51,314 bases of DNA from a virus (IMGVR_UViG_3300042259_000065); one strand, 5' to 3'; positions 29,400 through 38,399 are shown, counted from the first letter of the stretch. Translations and numbers: made by a program. Notes: generated by a model from the letters alone, not told the origin.

Positions 29400-29516
29400 A
29401 TGTTATCAGAAGAAGATGCAATTCAATTAGAGTTAATAGATATTGAAGTTGAAGATAAAGAATACTTTGAACAACGCTATACAGATCTTGATGAAGATTA
29501 CGAGGATTACTTATGA
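29400..29516 (+). CDS. 38-aa highly acidic peptide (not in ORF track)
   Basis: SD AAGGAG; MLSEEDAIQLELIDIEVEDKEYFEQRYTDLDEDYEDYL*. Confidence 0.6.
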   Translation: MLSEEDAIQLELIDIEVEDKEYFEQRYTDLDEDYEDYL

Positions 29517-29713
29517 ACGGTAAACCATCTGATACAGAAAGCATTCTACTTCGAGTATGTGCAATACTTCTTGACAACCAATCTACTATGTTGTCAGAAA
29601 GTTATGTTCCACCAGAAATGATTCTAAGTTTCCATGAGAATTTACGTTCATGTAGACGTGCTGTGGATAAGATTAAACTTGACCGAGAAAAGGAAACTCT
29701 ATGTCAGAAATGA
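29513..29713 (+). CDS. Hypothetical protein
   Basis: Overlaps neighbouring genes. Confidence 0.55.
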   Translation: MNGKPSDTESILLRVCAILLDNQSTMLSESYVPPEMILSFHENLRSCRRAVDKIKLDREKETLCQK

Positions 29714-30003
29714 ATTTTACTAAACCTGTAATATTTTGTGCAAATTTTGATGTGAAAGGCTTAGGTGTTTATACAAATGGTGAGAATACTTTCTGTGTAG
29801 AAGTCTACCGTATGGAAGGTAGAACTACTTATACCTACAAGCTCAATGGTGTATGTAGCCATATGTCCAGAACAACAGCTACAGAAGCTTGGGAACTTGC
29901 TGGAGAGCATATTAATGCAGATTTGATTACTGTCTGCAGAAAGTGGTTGAATAAGGCATTTAAGAAAGAGATTAAGGATTATAAGGAGAGTAAAAGTGTA
30001 TAA
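29701..30003 (+). CDS. Hypothetical protein
   Basis: SD AAGGA. Confidence 0.6.
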   Translation: MSEMNFTKPVIFCANFDVKGLGVYTNGENTFCVEVYRMEGRTTYTYKLNGVCSHMSRTTATEAWELAGEHINADLITVCRKWLNKAFKKEIKDYKESKSV

Positions 30004-30682
30004 ATTTTTAGAGATTTTCTTTCAAGATTACTCAGATGAACCAGAGTTGAAAATACCTTCTCATTGGTGTGTGAAATATTTACCAGAAAATTCAGGTTTT
30101 GTAGATTACAGTTATCATTCAACTGAGGATGAGGCTGTTGAGTGGGCAAAGAAACATACCAACTATGAAAATGAATTTGATGAGATCATTGTACCTATTA
30201 CTAATGAAGATGCTGATAAAATCTTAGATGAGGTGTTCTCTAAAGGTTATGGTCATGCAGAAGTAATCACACCGGAAGAATGGTTTGATATTAAGAAGTT
30301 TAACTTTATCAAAGAGTCTCGTACAAACAATCTATATGACTATTTTCCTATTTGGTTTGAAGAGTTGTGTAATATCGAAGGTGTGTATCTAGCAGGTGGT
30401 AGTTTACGTAATTTACTGGGAGGTAAAGATATCATTGCAGATATTGATCTATTCTTTAATGGTGAAACTGCTTTGAAGAAAGCTGAAAACGTCATGCAAA
30501 TGTATGAAGGTAGTGAAGATGGTTGTTGGTATGAAGCATTCCGTTGTCCAGCAGGTGAATTAATTACTTACAAAACTGCAATTGACAAACCTGATGAAGA
30601 TAAGACTCCAGAAGATTATAAAAATCAACGTAAAGTACAATTTATTACCAAAAGTTTTTATGATTCACCAGAACAGTTATAA
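29996..30682 (+). pseudogene. Nucleotidyltransferase (CCA/poly(A)-polymerase-head-like), apparently truncated at the IS607 left end
   Basis: YLAGGSLR...DIDLF motif. Stops at VQFITKSFYDSPEQL*, before the downstream FDF-like motif expected in this family. Confidence 0.6.
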
Positions 30683-30750
30683 AGAAACAGAACAATAAGA
30701 ACTATTGACACAATACGCACATTATGTTAATATAACAATAGGAGGTATTT

Positions 30751-31308
30751 ATGAAGTATTACACAACAGGGCAGATCGCTAAGATGTATAATGTAGCCCC
30801 TATGACAGTGAGACGTTGGATTGAATCAGGAAAGTTTGAACATGTACAACGTACACTTGGTGGTGAGTACAGGGTAGGTGTAATAACTGAAACCAAAAAT
30901 ATATTATACGCTAGAGTATCTAGTAAAAAACAAGAGAGTTCTATTGATAGTCAATTAGAGTACCTTAAAAGTAAGGTATCAGAATATGATGAGGTTATGT
31001 ATGATATTGGATCTGGGTTCAATTTCAAAAGGAAACAATTTAGAGCCATTCTGGAAAGATGTCTTAAAGGAGAAAGTATCCGAGTTGTGGTTTCCAACCA
31101 AGACAGATTTACAAGAGTCGGTTTTGAATTCTTACAGTGGATCTTTGAAAGAACAGGAGGCTCTATCGAAGTATTGGATAAAACGGAAACTAAACAAGAA
31201 TTCGATTACGACAACCTTATCTCGTTCATCACTGTCTTCTGTAACTCTTACTACGGAAAACGCAACACAAGTCGTAACAAGAAAAATAAGGATTTACCCA
31301 AAGAATAA
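30751..31308 (+). CDS. tnpA: IS607 TnpA serine recombinase
   Basis: MerR-like HTH (YTTGQIAKMYNV...TVRRW...RTLGGEYR) plus YARVSS...QL...DIGSG...R...DRFTR. Confidence 0.95.
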   Translation: MKYYTTGQIAKMYNVAPMTVRRWIESGKFEHVQRTLGGEYRVGVITETKNILYARVSSKKQESSIDSQLEYLKSKVSEYDEVMYDIGSGFNFKRKQFRAILERCLKGESIRVVVSNQDRFTRVGFEFLQWIFERTGGSIEVLDKTETKQEFDYDNLISFITVFCNSYYGKRNTSRNKKNKDLPKE

Positions 31309-32374
31309 AGATAAATATTTGAGTTTATGTGATTTATCCAGAGCCTGCTATAACAAGATGATTGAATTTAAAATAAATTATGAATCAGATAAAAGGAAAT
31401 CACAGGAACAAAGGACTGAGGTAATGAATTGGTGCAAGCAATGGGGTAACTATCAATCACATGTTATGCAAGAAGCTTGTAGGCAGGCTGATATTACAGC
31501 TAATTCTATTATTAAAAAGAGAATGAAAGGTCAAAAGTGCGAATTTTCTTTTAGATCAAGAAAAAGTCCTGTTCAGGGATTTGATATACAAAAACTCCCT
31601 AAGAAGGGGATATACCCTAAGTTTCTTGGGGATGTACATTTTACAGAAGATGTTCCAGAGTATGCAAAAGGTAAAACAGCAAGGGTTATAACAGAGAATG
31701 GGTGTTGGTGGTTGTGTTGTTATGACACTATTAAAATCGTTAGAACAACATCAATAGACAAAGTTTGCGCTCTTGATTGTGGTGTTAGGACTTTCCAAAC
31801 TGTTTATTCACCGAGTGAAGTAGCAGAATTAGGTTCTAACTACTTCAAGGATAAACTATTACCATTATACATTAAATTAGATAAGCTAATTTCTAAAAGG
31901 AGAATACAATGTAATTTAAAGTTAGATAACCAAAGAAGCTCAGATTTAATAACTTTTTATAGTAAGAAGATAAATAAACTTCGTTTGAGAATCAAAAACT
32001 TAGTTGAAGACCTTCATAAGAAGTGTGCAAATTATTTAACAAACGAATTTGACTTAATACTGATACCTGTATTTGAAACTAAGAAGATGTCAAAACTTGG
32101 TAATAGAAAACTTAATAATAAATCCGTAAGAGCCATGTTAGGGTTGTCTCATTACAAGTTTAAAGAAACTTTGAAGTGGTTTGCTAAAAAGAAGGGTAAG
32201 CTCGTAGTAGATGTCAATGAGAGCTTTACATCCAAGACAAACCCGTTTACTGGTGAGCTTATGAATATAGGTAGTGCTAAATCATTTAAATACCTAAATA
32301 AGATTTACGATAGGGATATGAATGGTGCGAGGAATATATTCATTAAAAATACGTTGCTGTGCAACGAAGAGTAG
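30986..32374 (+). CDS. tnpB: TnpB with rearranged RuvC (pro-Fanzor/Fanzor2-like)
   Basis: ALDCGVRTF; no EDL but IPVFET; VNESFTSK; DRDMNGARNI. N-terminal LWFPTKTD extension overlaps tnpA by about 320 nt. Confidence 0.85.
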   Translation: MMRLCMILDLGSISKGNNLEPFWKDVLKEKVSELWFPTKTDLQESVLNSYSGSLKEQEALSKYWIKRKLNKNSITTTLSRSSLSSVTLTTENATQVVTRKIRIYPKNKDKYLSLCDLSRACYNKMIEFKINYESDKRKSQEQRTEVMNWCKQWGNYQSHVMQEACRQADITANSIIKKRMKGQKCEFSFRSRKSPVQGFDIQKLPKKGIYPKFLGDVHFTEDVPEYAKGKTARVITENGCWWLCCYDTIKIVRTTSIDKVCALDCGVRTFQTVYSPSEVAELGSNYFKDKLLPLYIKLDKLISKRRIQCNLKLDNQRSSDLITFYSKKINKLRLRIKNLVEDLHKKCANYLTNEFDLILIPVFETKKMSKLGNRKLNNKSVRAMLGLSHYKFKETLKWFAKKKGKLVVDVNESFTSKTNPFTGELMNIGSAKSFKYLNKIYDRDMNGARNIFIKNTLLCNEE

Positions 32375-32437
32375 GATACACTCTAATCATAACAACAAAT
32401 GTTCTATTTGTTGCGGTTTTAAGTATCAGAATTAACA

Positions 32438-32860
32438 ATGGCTCTAGAGGAAGAGTTTGATACTAAGATTCAGGTTTCTTCTTTCAAAGAATGCAAAACT
32501 GTGGAAGACATCTTTGTAACTTTTGCGGATATGTTGAATGCTAGTTGGGTGGCTCCAAAAGCTCGTGTATGCAACGTAGAGAAGATTTCTGGTGTTGAGT
32601 TAAGCAACCATACACATTTGCAACAAAACACAACTGTGAGTCATACAGGAGCTTTGGAAGATGATACCTTTATTGATGAACATTCATTTGCTTTCACAAA
32701 GATTCAATCTATAGCAAAAGAAAATAACCTCTTGCTAAGTTTCGAAGCTTCTGGTAAAGTGACTGCATATTCAGAAGAAGATGAATTTGTTGTAGAAAAT
32801 TATGAACAATTAAAGCAAGTTATGGAGGCTTTGAAAGTTTTGGATAGTTTTAGAGGTTAA
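32438..32860 (+). CDS. Hypothetical protein lacking an obvious RBS (possible 3' fragment)
   Basis: Begins 9 nt after the IS right end; no SD upstream. Confidence 0.55.
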   Translation: MALEEEFDTKIQVSSFKECKTVEDIFVTFADMLNASWVAPKARVCNVEKISGVELSNHTHLQQNTTVSHTGALEDDTFIDEHSFAFTKIQSIAKENNLLLSFEASGKVTAYSEEDEFVVENYEQLKQVMEALKVLDSFRG

Positions 32861-32871
32861 GGAGGCTAATT

Positions 32872-33132
32872 ATGTCTGGAGGTTATTTTGATTACAATCA
32901 ATTTAAATTGCAAAACATTGCAGATGATCTGCGTAACCTAGTAGAAGAAGATGGAAGGTTGGGGTTTGTTGAAGATAAGAAGTCTTTGTTTGAAGAAATT
33001 GACAAGCTAATTGACATGTTAGACTATTCATCTAAGATCATCCATCACATAGATTACCTCTTGTCAGACGATATCTCTGAAGAGGTTATGTGGAAACGTA
33101 TTAATGATGTTAAGAAGGAGAAGGAATTATGA
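32872..33132 (+). CDS. Conserved phage hypothetical protein
   Basis: SD AGGAGG; MSGGYFDY...IDYLLSDDI motif. Confidence 0.7.
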   Translation: MSGGYFDYNQFKLQNIADDLRNLVEEDGRLGFVEDKKSLFEEIDKLIDMLDYSSKIIHHIDYLLSDDISEEVMWKRINDVKKEKEL

Positions 33133-33644
33133 GTATTGAAAATAAAGAGTACGTAAGCTTGTGGGTAACCAAAGAAACTGCAGCAGAATTGAAGAAGTTA
33201 CAATCAGGTGAAAATGAAAAACTTATGGTTGAAGAGGTGGCCAAGAAACTTCAATTAAATATTGAAAGTGAACTACGACAACTCGATGATGATTTGGCGC
33301 GATATAAAGCAGCATGTGTGGTTTTCAAACAATCTATTATGGGAGTATATAGCTCTCAGCAAGAAGAGATTGAGAAAGTTATTGATAATATGTGGGATAT
33401 TATGCCTAAAGTTAAATCTGAATCTAAAAAACTTGTAGTAGAAATCGAAAAGGAAATCTCTCCACTTAAACAACAACTGGATGAAACGGCTAAAAGTGTA
33501 GAGCAAATCAAAACGGCGTTCAATAATATCAACTTTTATGCAGCAGAAAGAATGGTAGACCTTGTGGTTAAGATTAACCAATTGGACGATGGTAGTAAAG
33601 AGATTTTGAAGTTTCTGATGAACGAATACCAGCAAGGAGAATAA
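33129..33644 (+). CDS. Coiled-coil hypothetical protein
   Basis: Heptad-rich; SD AAGGA. Confidence 0.65.
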   Translation: MSIENKEYVSLWVTKETAAELKKLQSGENEKLMVEEVAKKLQLNIESELRQLDDDLARYKAACVVFKQSIMGVYSSQQEEIEKVIDNMWDIMPKVKSESKKLVVEIEKEISPLKQQLDETAKSVEQIKTAFNNINFYAAERMVDLVVKINQLDDGSKEILKFLMNEYQQGE

Positions 33645-33646
33645 CT

Positions 33647-34030
33647 ATGATTAAACCAACAATTAACGCAAATGGGGAAGTAATTCTAGATGTACTAGAT
33701 ATCTTTGATAATACTTCTTAGAGTTTTAAACTTGAACTAGCAGAACGTTTGTCATGTGAAGACACCATTATTAAGCATGTCATGGATCAAGTGTTTGACG
33801 GCTTTACAGAGAATGGTTATAGTGGTTCAGAAGTTATTGACAACTTACGTCTAAAATCAGCCCTACAACAAGCTAGAGAGCGTGTTCGTAAAGAAGCTAA
33901 CCAACTTATGCTTAAAGAATTAAAACGTCTCAGAGAGGTTCTAGAGAACCGTAATCGCTATGCGGAAAGTGGTTGGAAAGAATATCACAAACTTTATAAC
34001 AAAGTCTATGGGGGCAACTTACAGTTATGA
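33647..34030 (+). pseudogene. Hypothetical gene with an internal in-frame amber codon
   Basis: SD AAGGAG and ATG 33647; TAG at 33719-33721; the same frame continues open to 34030. Confidence 0.6.
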
Positions 34031-34257
34031 CTAAAATTAAACTATTACCCAAATCCTCCGCAGAAACAGAACCTTATGGTGCTTGGAAAAATGTTAATTA
34101 TGACAACGCTATTGTCGAAGCAGAATTGTTTGAACAAAAAGGTCTGCAAGGTGCATATATTCTTGGTGAGGAATTGTTGCGTATTGGTGTAAAAGGTGAT
34201 AGTGTTAAACCTAATTACAAATTTATTTATGCAGATTTTGAAATTGTAGAAGAATAA
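34027..34257 (+). CDS. Hypothetical protein
   Basis: Overlapping start. Confidence 0.6.
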   Translation: MTKIKLLPKSSAETEPYGAWKNVNYDNAIVEAELFEQKGLQGAYILGEELLRIGVKGDSVKPNYKFIYADFEIVEE

Positions 34258-34402
34258 TCTGTGAAATATAAAACTATTTGAGAAAGGCTGATATTATAAC
34301 GTTTAAACAAATTGTAAGGCTTATCACAAGGTTTTATTGACAAAGGTGATAGATTGCCTTATGATTAATTTAAATTGATTACAGAAGGTTATAGGAGGTT
34401 TT

Positions 34403-34855
34403 ATGGATAACTACGAAATACCTAAGGAATATAAACAAAGAGAACTTTTGGTGAATAAAATCCGTTGTCCCGATGGGACAATCTTACAATCTACACACCA
34501 ACATGATTTCAAACAACATATTCAAGAAGATGGACGAGAATACTTTATTGATGGAGGCACACAATATCAACGAATAGGGTATTCTGATCTTGAGTTTGAG
34601 GACTTATCACTATACACAGATGATCCTCATGAAAAGATTCGAGAAGAGTTTATCTGGGGACGAAATTTTGACAAGAATGGTAAGAAACTTCCTCAAACAG
34701 AATACATTGCACTAAAAGATTTAGCGGATGGTCATTTGAAGAGTTTATGTCACTTTACACTGAAAGGTTATCCTGCTAAGATTAATCAGGTTTTGGTTAA
34801 TGAATGGAATTACAGGATTGAACAGAACGAATTTGGTTGGGGTGATTATGAGTAA
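34403..34855 (+). CDS. Conserved phage protein
   Basis: SD GGAGG; IRCPDG.ILQSTHQHDF...FIDGG..YQR motif. Confidence 0.7.
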   Translation: MDNYEIPKEYKQRELLVNKIRCPDGTILQSTHQHDFKQHIQEDGREYFIDGGTQYQRIGYSDLEFEDLSLYTDDPHEKIREEFIWGRNFDKNGKKLPQTEYIALKDLADGHLKSLCHFTLKGYPAKINQVLVNEWNYRIEQNEFGWGDYE

Positions 34856-35273
34856 AACTAAAAAGGTTGCACGTTTACAACGGAAGGTAGATTACCTTGA
34901 AAAGCAACTTGCTTTTGCAAACAGTGAATTTTGTCAACGTATTAATCGTCCAGTGAAGTTTCAAACTACAGAACGTCCAGTTTTCAGAAGTAGTGACAGT
35001 TTTGAAGAGCAACACCTCAACACTTTAATCCACTACATTTACTCTGAAATGGATAAAGCTTATAATATGGCTTGTCAAATGGGTGAAACTGACCCTAGTG
35101 AGGTTGAGTTCATACTTTACATGGATCATGATACATATTATGATTTGCATAATATTAATAACTATCATGACTTTAAGTGTGATGTTGAATCTGGTAAAAT
35201 CAAATTTCGTGGTCATGAAGTGGTCTTGACAACTATGTCAAAACGTTATGTGCATTTTGCAAGGATTAAGTAA
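34848..35273 (+). CDS. Hypothetical protein
   Basis: Start MSKTKK, overlapping the upstream stop. Confidence 0.6.
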   Translation: MSKTKKVARLQRKVDYLEKQLAFANSEFCQRINRPVKFQTTERPVFRSSDSFEEQHLNTLIHYIYSEMDKAYNMACQMGETDPSEVEFILYMDHDTYYDLHNINNYHDFKCDVESGKIKFRGHEVVLTTMSKRYVHFARIK

Positions 35274-35432
35274 TGTTCACATCAATAAGACAACAAGACG
35301 ACTATACAATTTATACTATTGATTCATACAGGGATATGGTTGAATTGACAGAGTGGCTTGATGTATTTAACTTGCAATATCATGTAAATCAGATTACAGT
35401 TAGTCGAAGTGAGATTTGGGTGAAAGGAGGGG

Positions 35433-35753
35433 TTGATTTTGAAAAATAAGCTAACAAAACGTAATAAAGTTAAACTTACAAAATTATTTAAGATTGCAGA
35501 GAGAAATGATATGTATCTTTGTGACTTTATGAGCTTAAAGAAAACCATCGCACAACATAATAATCTTAACAAAAAGCGTAAAAAGTGTGAAGAAGTTCTC
35601 TTGTGGGGTAAAGCCACAAAATTCTTAAGTAGTAAATGGATTGTTCCTATTGCATATAAAACAAAATATGGTAAACTTATTGATGCTAAGAGTTCTCGTG
35701 TATTCTCTAGTGAAGATGAGATGAATAATGCAAGAAATCGAGGTGATTTGTGA
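35433..35753 (+). CDS. Basic hypothetical protein
   Basis: SD GGAGG before TTG. Confidence 0.6.
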   Translation: MILKNKLTKRNKVKLTKLFKIAERNDMYLCDFMSLKKTIAQHNNLNKKRKKCEEVLLWGKATKFLSSKWIVPIAYKTKYGKLIDAKSSRVFSSEDEMNNARNRGDL

Positions 35754-36124
35754 AAAAGAAACTACGTAATCAAATTAAAAAGACTTACCATTGGTGGGAT
35801 TATACATTCTTATTGAAGCTAATGGTATTATGGTTAGATCACTCATCTAAGGCTCATAGGGACAAAGGACACCTTCTGCGTAGTAAACACACCAGTCATC
35901 AAATGAAAGTTGTCTCTGGTGTTATCAAGCGAATTATTGCAGATGAATATGATAAACCTTGCAAAGTGTTTACATCTAGAAATAAAATAACTTCTTCGGC
36001 TAAGATTTTCGGAAATGAAGAATTTGAATATTTAGATTTGAAATACCAAAACACACATAGACAAGCAGATATTGATTTTGTGTTTGATATGATGAAGAAA
36101 CACTTACTGAGTTGGTGGGATTGA
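35750..36124 (+). CDS. Hypothetical protein
   Basis: SD GAGG; C-terminal WWD. Confidence 0.6.
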   Translation: MKKKLRNQIKKTYHWWDYTFLLKLMVLWLDHSSKAHRDKGHLLRSKHTSHQMKVVSGVIKRIIADEYDKPCKVFTSRNKITSSAKIFGNEEFEYLDLKYQNTHRQADIDFVFDMMKKHLLSWWD

Positions 36125-36126
36125 TT

Positions 36127-36354
36127 ATGAGACAATGTTTTAATTGTGATGGTGATAAGGTTATTGAACTTTCCTACCAAGAAGATGGGGAACCTTTAGA
36201 TGAATACTTCCTTGTTTCTGGTTACATTGAACCTTGTTGGACATGTGATGGAACTGGTGAGATTGAGGAAGGATGTTATTGCCATGCCTACTGTAGTTGT
36301 GAATGCATTTGTGGTGCGTGGGATGACCATGAATGTGATTGTTGGGATGGTTGA
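36127..36354 (+). CDS. Cys-rich metal-binding protein with DnaJ-type CxxCxG repeats
   Basis: CFNCDG, CWTCDGTG, CYCHAYCSCECIC, CDC: 12 Cys. Confidence 0.6.
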   Translation: MRQCFNCDGDKVIELSYQEDGEPLDEYFLVSGYIEPCWTCDGTGEIEEGCYCHAYCSCECICGAWDDHECDCWDG

Positions 36355-36416
36355 TAGTTTAAGACTATTGACTTATTAGGTTTTTATATGTTAAACTAGT
36401 TTATAGACTTAATTAA

Positions 36417-36632
36417 TTGGAGATTACTATGGTGAAACCAGAATGGGAACATGTTATTAATATCTATAGTGGTATGTGTAATAAGCCTTTCACAAAGAAA
36501 CAGATTCAAAATATGTTGACATATCGAAAGAAAAATAATATGCTTCAAGAATGGTTAGATTTGAAGACAGCCTACTCTATGTGGGTTGTTAATCACAATT
36601 TTGATAAAGAGAATTCTAATGAGAACAATTAG
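36417..36632 (+). CDS. Hypothetical protein
   Basis: Follows a TTGACT promoter. Confidence 0.55.
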   Translation: MEITMVKPEWEHVINIYSGMCNKPFTKKQIQNMLTYRKKNNMLQEWLDLKTAYSMWVVNHNFDKENSNENN

Positions 36633-36826
36633 TCAGTGTCTTAGGTTGAAGGATAAGTCTAAGATGACAATAGAAGAGTATATTATGATGTCTGATTGGG
36701 TTAAGAATACCGCCAGATATATGTATGAACCTTCAGCATATGCACACATTTTAGGTTGGTGGGTATTAGGTGATAGTAGTGTACCATTGTCACCTAAAGA
36801 GGCTGGATTAGATTAGAGGTATTATT

Positions 36827-36988
36827 ATGCAACTAGATTTACCTAAATGGATGTCTGATGAGATTGAATCGGATTCACATAAATCTGTGCAATATGTAAT
36901 AAAGGAAATAATAAAGGAATACTTAGAAAGTAAAGAAGGGAAGAGAATTAGAGATAGAATTAGAGAAAGGGAAGGGGTATTAAACTGA
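36827..36988 (+). CDS. 53-aa hypothetical protein (not in ORF track)
   Basis: SD GAGG; MQLDLPKWMSDE...REGVLN*. Confidence 0.5.
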   Translation: MQLDLPKWMSDEIESDSHKSVQYVIKEIIKEYLESKEGKRIRDRIREREGVLN

Positions 36989-37073
36989 TTATATACCTCT
37001 GTAAGCATTGATACATAAGGGCTGAGAGAGACCCATTACATAAATCTCCTCAATATAACTCGAATGAGGTAAC

Positions 37074-38399
37074 ATGATTAAATTAGAAGAATTAGATAAT
37101 AATACCAGACTTGATTTGATAAGAGGGTGTGAACCTTTCTATATAACATATAGATCACCTAAGTGGCAGAATAACATAGTAGATGTGTTATGTAAAGAGT
37201 TTGGTAAAACTTATGAGATACCTATTAGAGTCATACTTACTGCTGCCTCTAAAGCTAAAAGATATGGATTAACTGGTACGCAATTTCCACTAGACTTCAT
37301 GAAATTTAAAAAGGCTGAATCTAAGACGAAGAAGAATATACCATATAGTAAAACTAAAGACCTGATCTCTTTGATGGAGAAATCGGGGTATCTTACATTG
37401 TATGTAGGTTTTAAGAATAAAACAGACGGTATATCAAGTGCTATTCGTTTTCATGATAAACTTTTGAATTGTTTAGATAAGAAGATGTGTGATAAGTGGG
37501 GAATGTCAAGATTTGAGAATTTAAATCTTCTAGAAGTTATAGACTCTGAGAATAGTACACAGCATAAAGATGTTTTCCATTCTCTTAAGAAATTTAAGGG
37601 TGTTAAGAAACTTGTAGAAGATATCAACCTAGTGAATAAAAATCTTTGTGAACACCTCATAACTTACAAAGGTGAAACTTGCTGTGTGGTTTATAAAAGA
37701 AGATTTGAGGACGACCTTCAATCAGCAGGTAGATGGTATGTGGTAGGTACTTTTCAAGTAGAAGATTCTTATTTAAGAAACACAATAATGATTGATTCTA
37801 CTCCCACTGTTGAAATAGATATTAAACATATCCACCCTTCAATATTAGCATCTATATCAGGTTTTAAACTTAAGAAAGGTTATGATCCTTATGATATAAC
37901 TTCTTATGTTAAGACTCCTTTAGAATTTAAAGTGCTTAGGGAATTTATAAAACCGTGCTTTATGGCACTATTGTATGCTAATAATAGAGGTACAGCTTTA
38001 CACACTATCAGGGAAAAGCTTTGGGATAATCGACACATAGCAACTTGGTTAGATGCAGAAACCATTCTAGAGGCTTTAGAAGAACATAATCATATGTTGT
38101 CAGAATTCTTTTATCATAAAGATAATTGGAAATTATGTCAGTTCATAGATAGTCAAATCGCAACTAAAATTATGGTTCATTTTGCAAGCAAAGGTGAAGT
38201 ATGTTTAAACTACCATGATAGTTGGATAGTAACTTACCACAACAAACAAGAACTTATTAATGTGATGAGAGACAGTTGGGAACATGTTATTGGAAATCTT
38301 GATAACTTCGGTTATGATATAGAATTTGATAATACACCAAAGGTTAAGCAGGGGCATCCAGCTTTTGAGTCTATACCTATTGAATATTATGAGGAATAA
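37074..38399 (+). CDS. Compact PolA/T7-RNAP-superfamily polymerase-like protein (441 aa)
   Basis: SAGRWY, TVEIDIKHIH (motif A), REFIKPCFMALLYA (R-x3-K-x7-Y, motif B), LNYHDSW (motif C). Confidence 0.6.
   Translation: MIKLEELDNNTRLDLIRGCEPFYITYRSPKWQNNIVDVLCKEFGKTYEIPIRVILTAASKAKRYGLTGTQFPLDFMKFKKAESKTKKNIPYSKTKDLISLMEKSGYLTLYVGFKNKTDGISSAIRFHDKLLNCLDKKMCDKWGMSRFENLNLLEVIDSENSTQHKDVFHSLKKFKGVKKLVEDINLVNKNLCEHLITYKGETCCVVYKRRFEDDLQSAGRWYVVGTFQVEDSYLRNTIMIDSTPTVEIDIKHIHPSILASISGFKLKKGYDPYDITSYVKTPLEFKVLREFIKPCFMALLYANNRGTALHTIREKLWDNRHIATWLDAETILEALEEHNHMLSEFFYHKDNWKLCQFIDSQIATKIMVHFASKGEVCLNYHDSWIVTYHNKQELINVMRDSWEHVIGNLDNFGYDIEFDNTPKVKQGHPAFESIPIEYYEE

Larger units (their letters stand above)
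30677..32429 (+). mobile_element. IS607-family element (tnpA + tnpB); ends approximate
   Basis: Serine-recombinase tnpA with overlapping tnpB, own promoter TTGACA (30705)-17-TAATAT, terminal hairpin CAACAAAT-gttct-ATTTGTTG. Confidence 0.85.

Noticed and set aside
1700-32429. IStron (intron-IS chimera) interpretation of either TnpB element
   Set aside because: No P/Q/R/S group I core motifs inside either element.
33719-33721. Genome-wide TAG recoding
   Set aside because: TAG is a genuine stop in the tail tube gene (followed by a terminator), tnpB and others, and only one read-through case was seen.
4880-37070. Shared ATAACTCGAA upstream of the intron HNH (about 4884) and the polymerase-like gene (about 37050) as a phage promoter motif
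   Set aside because: Only two instances and not found before late structural genes; could be chance.
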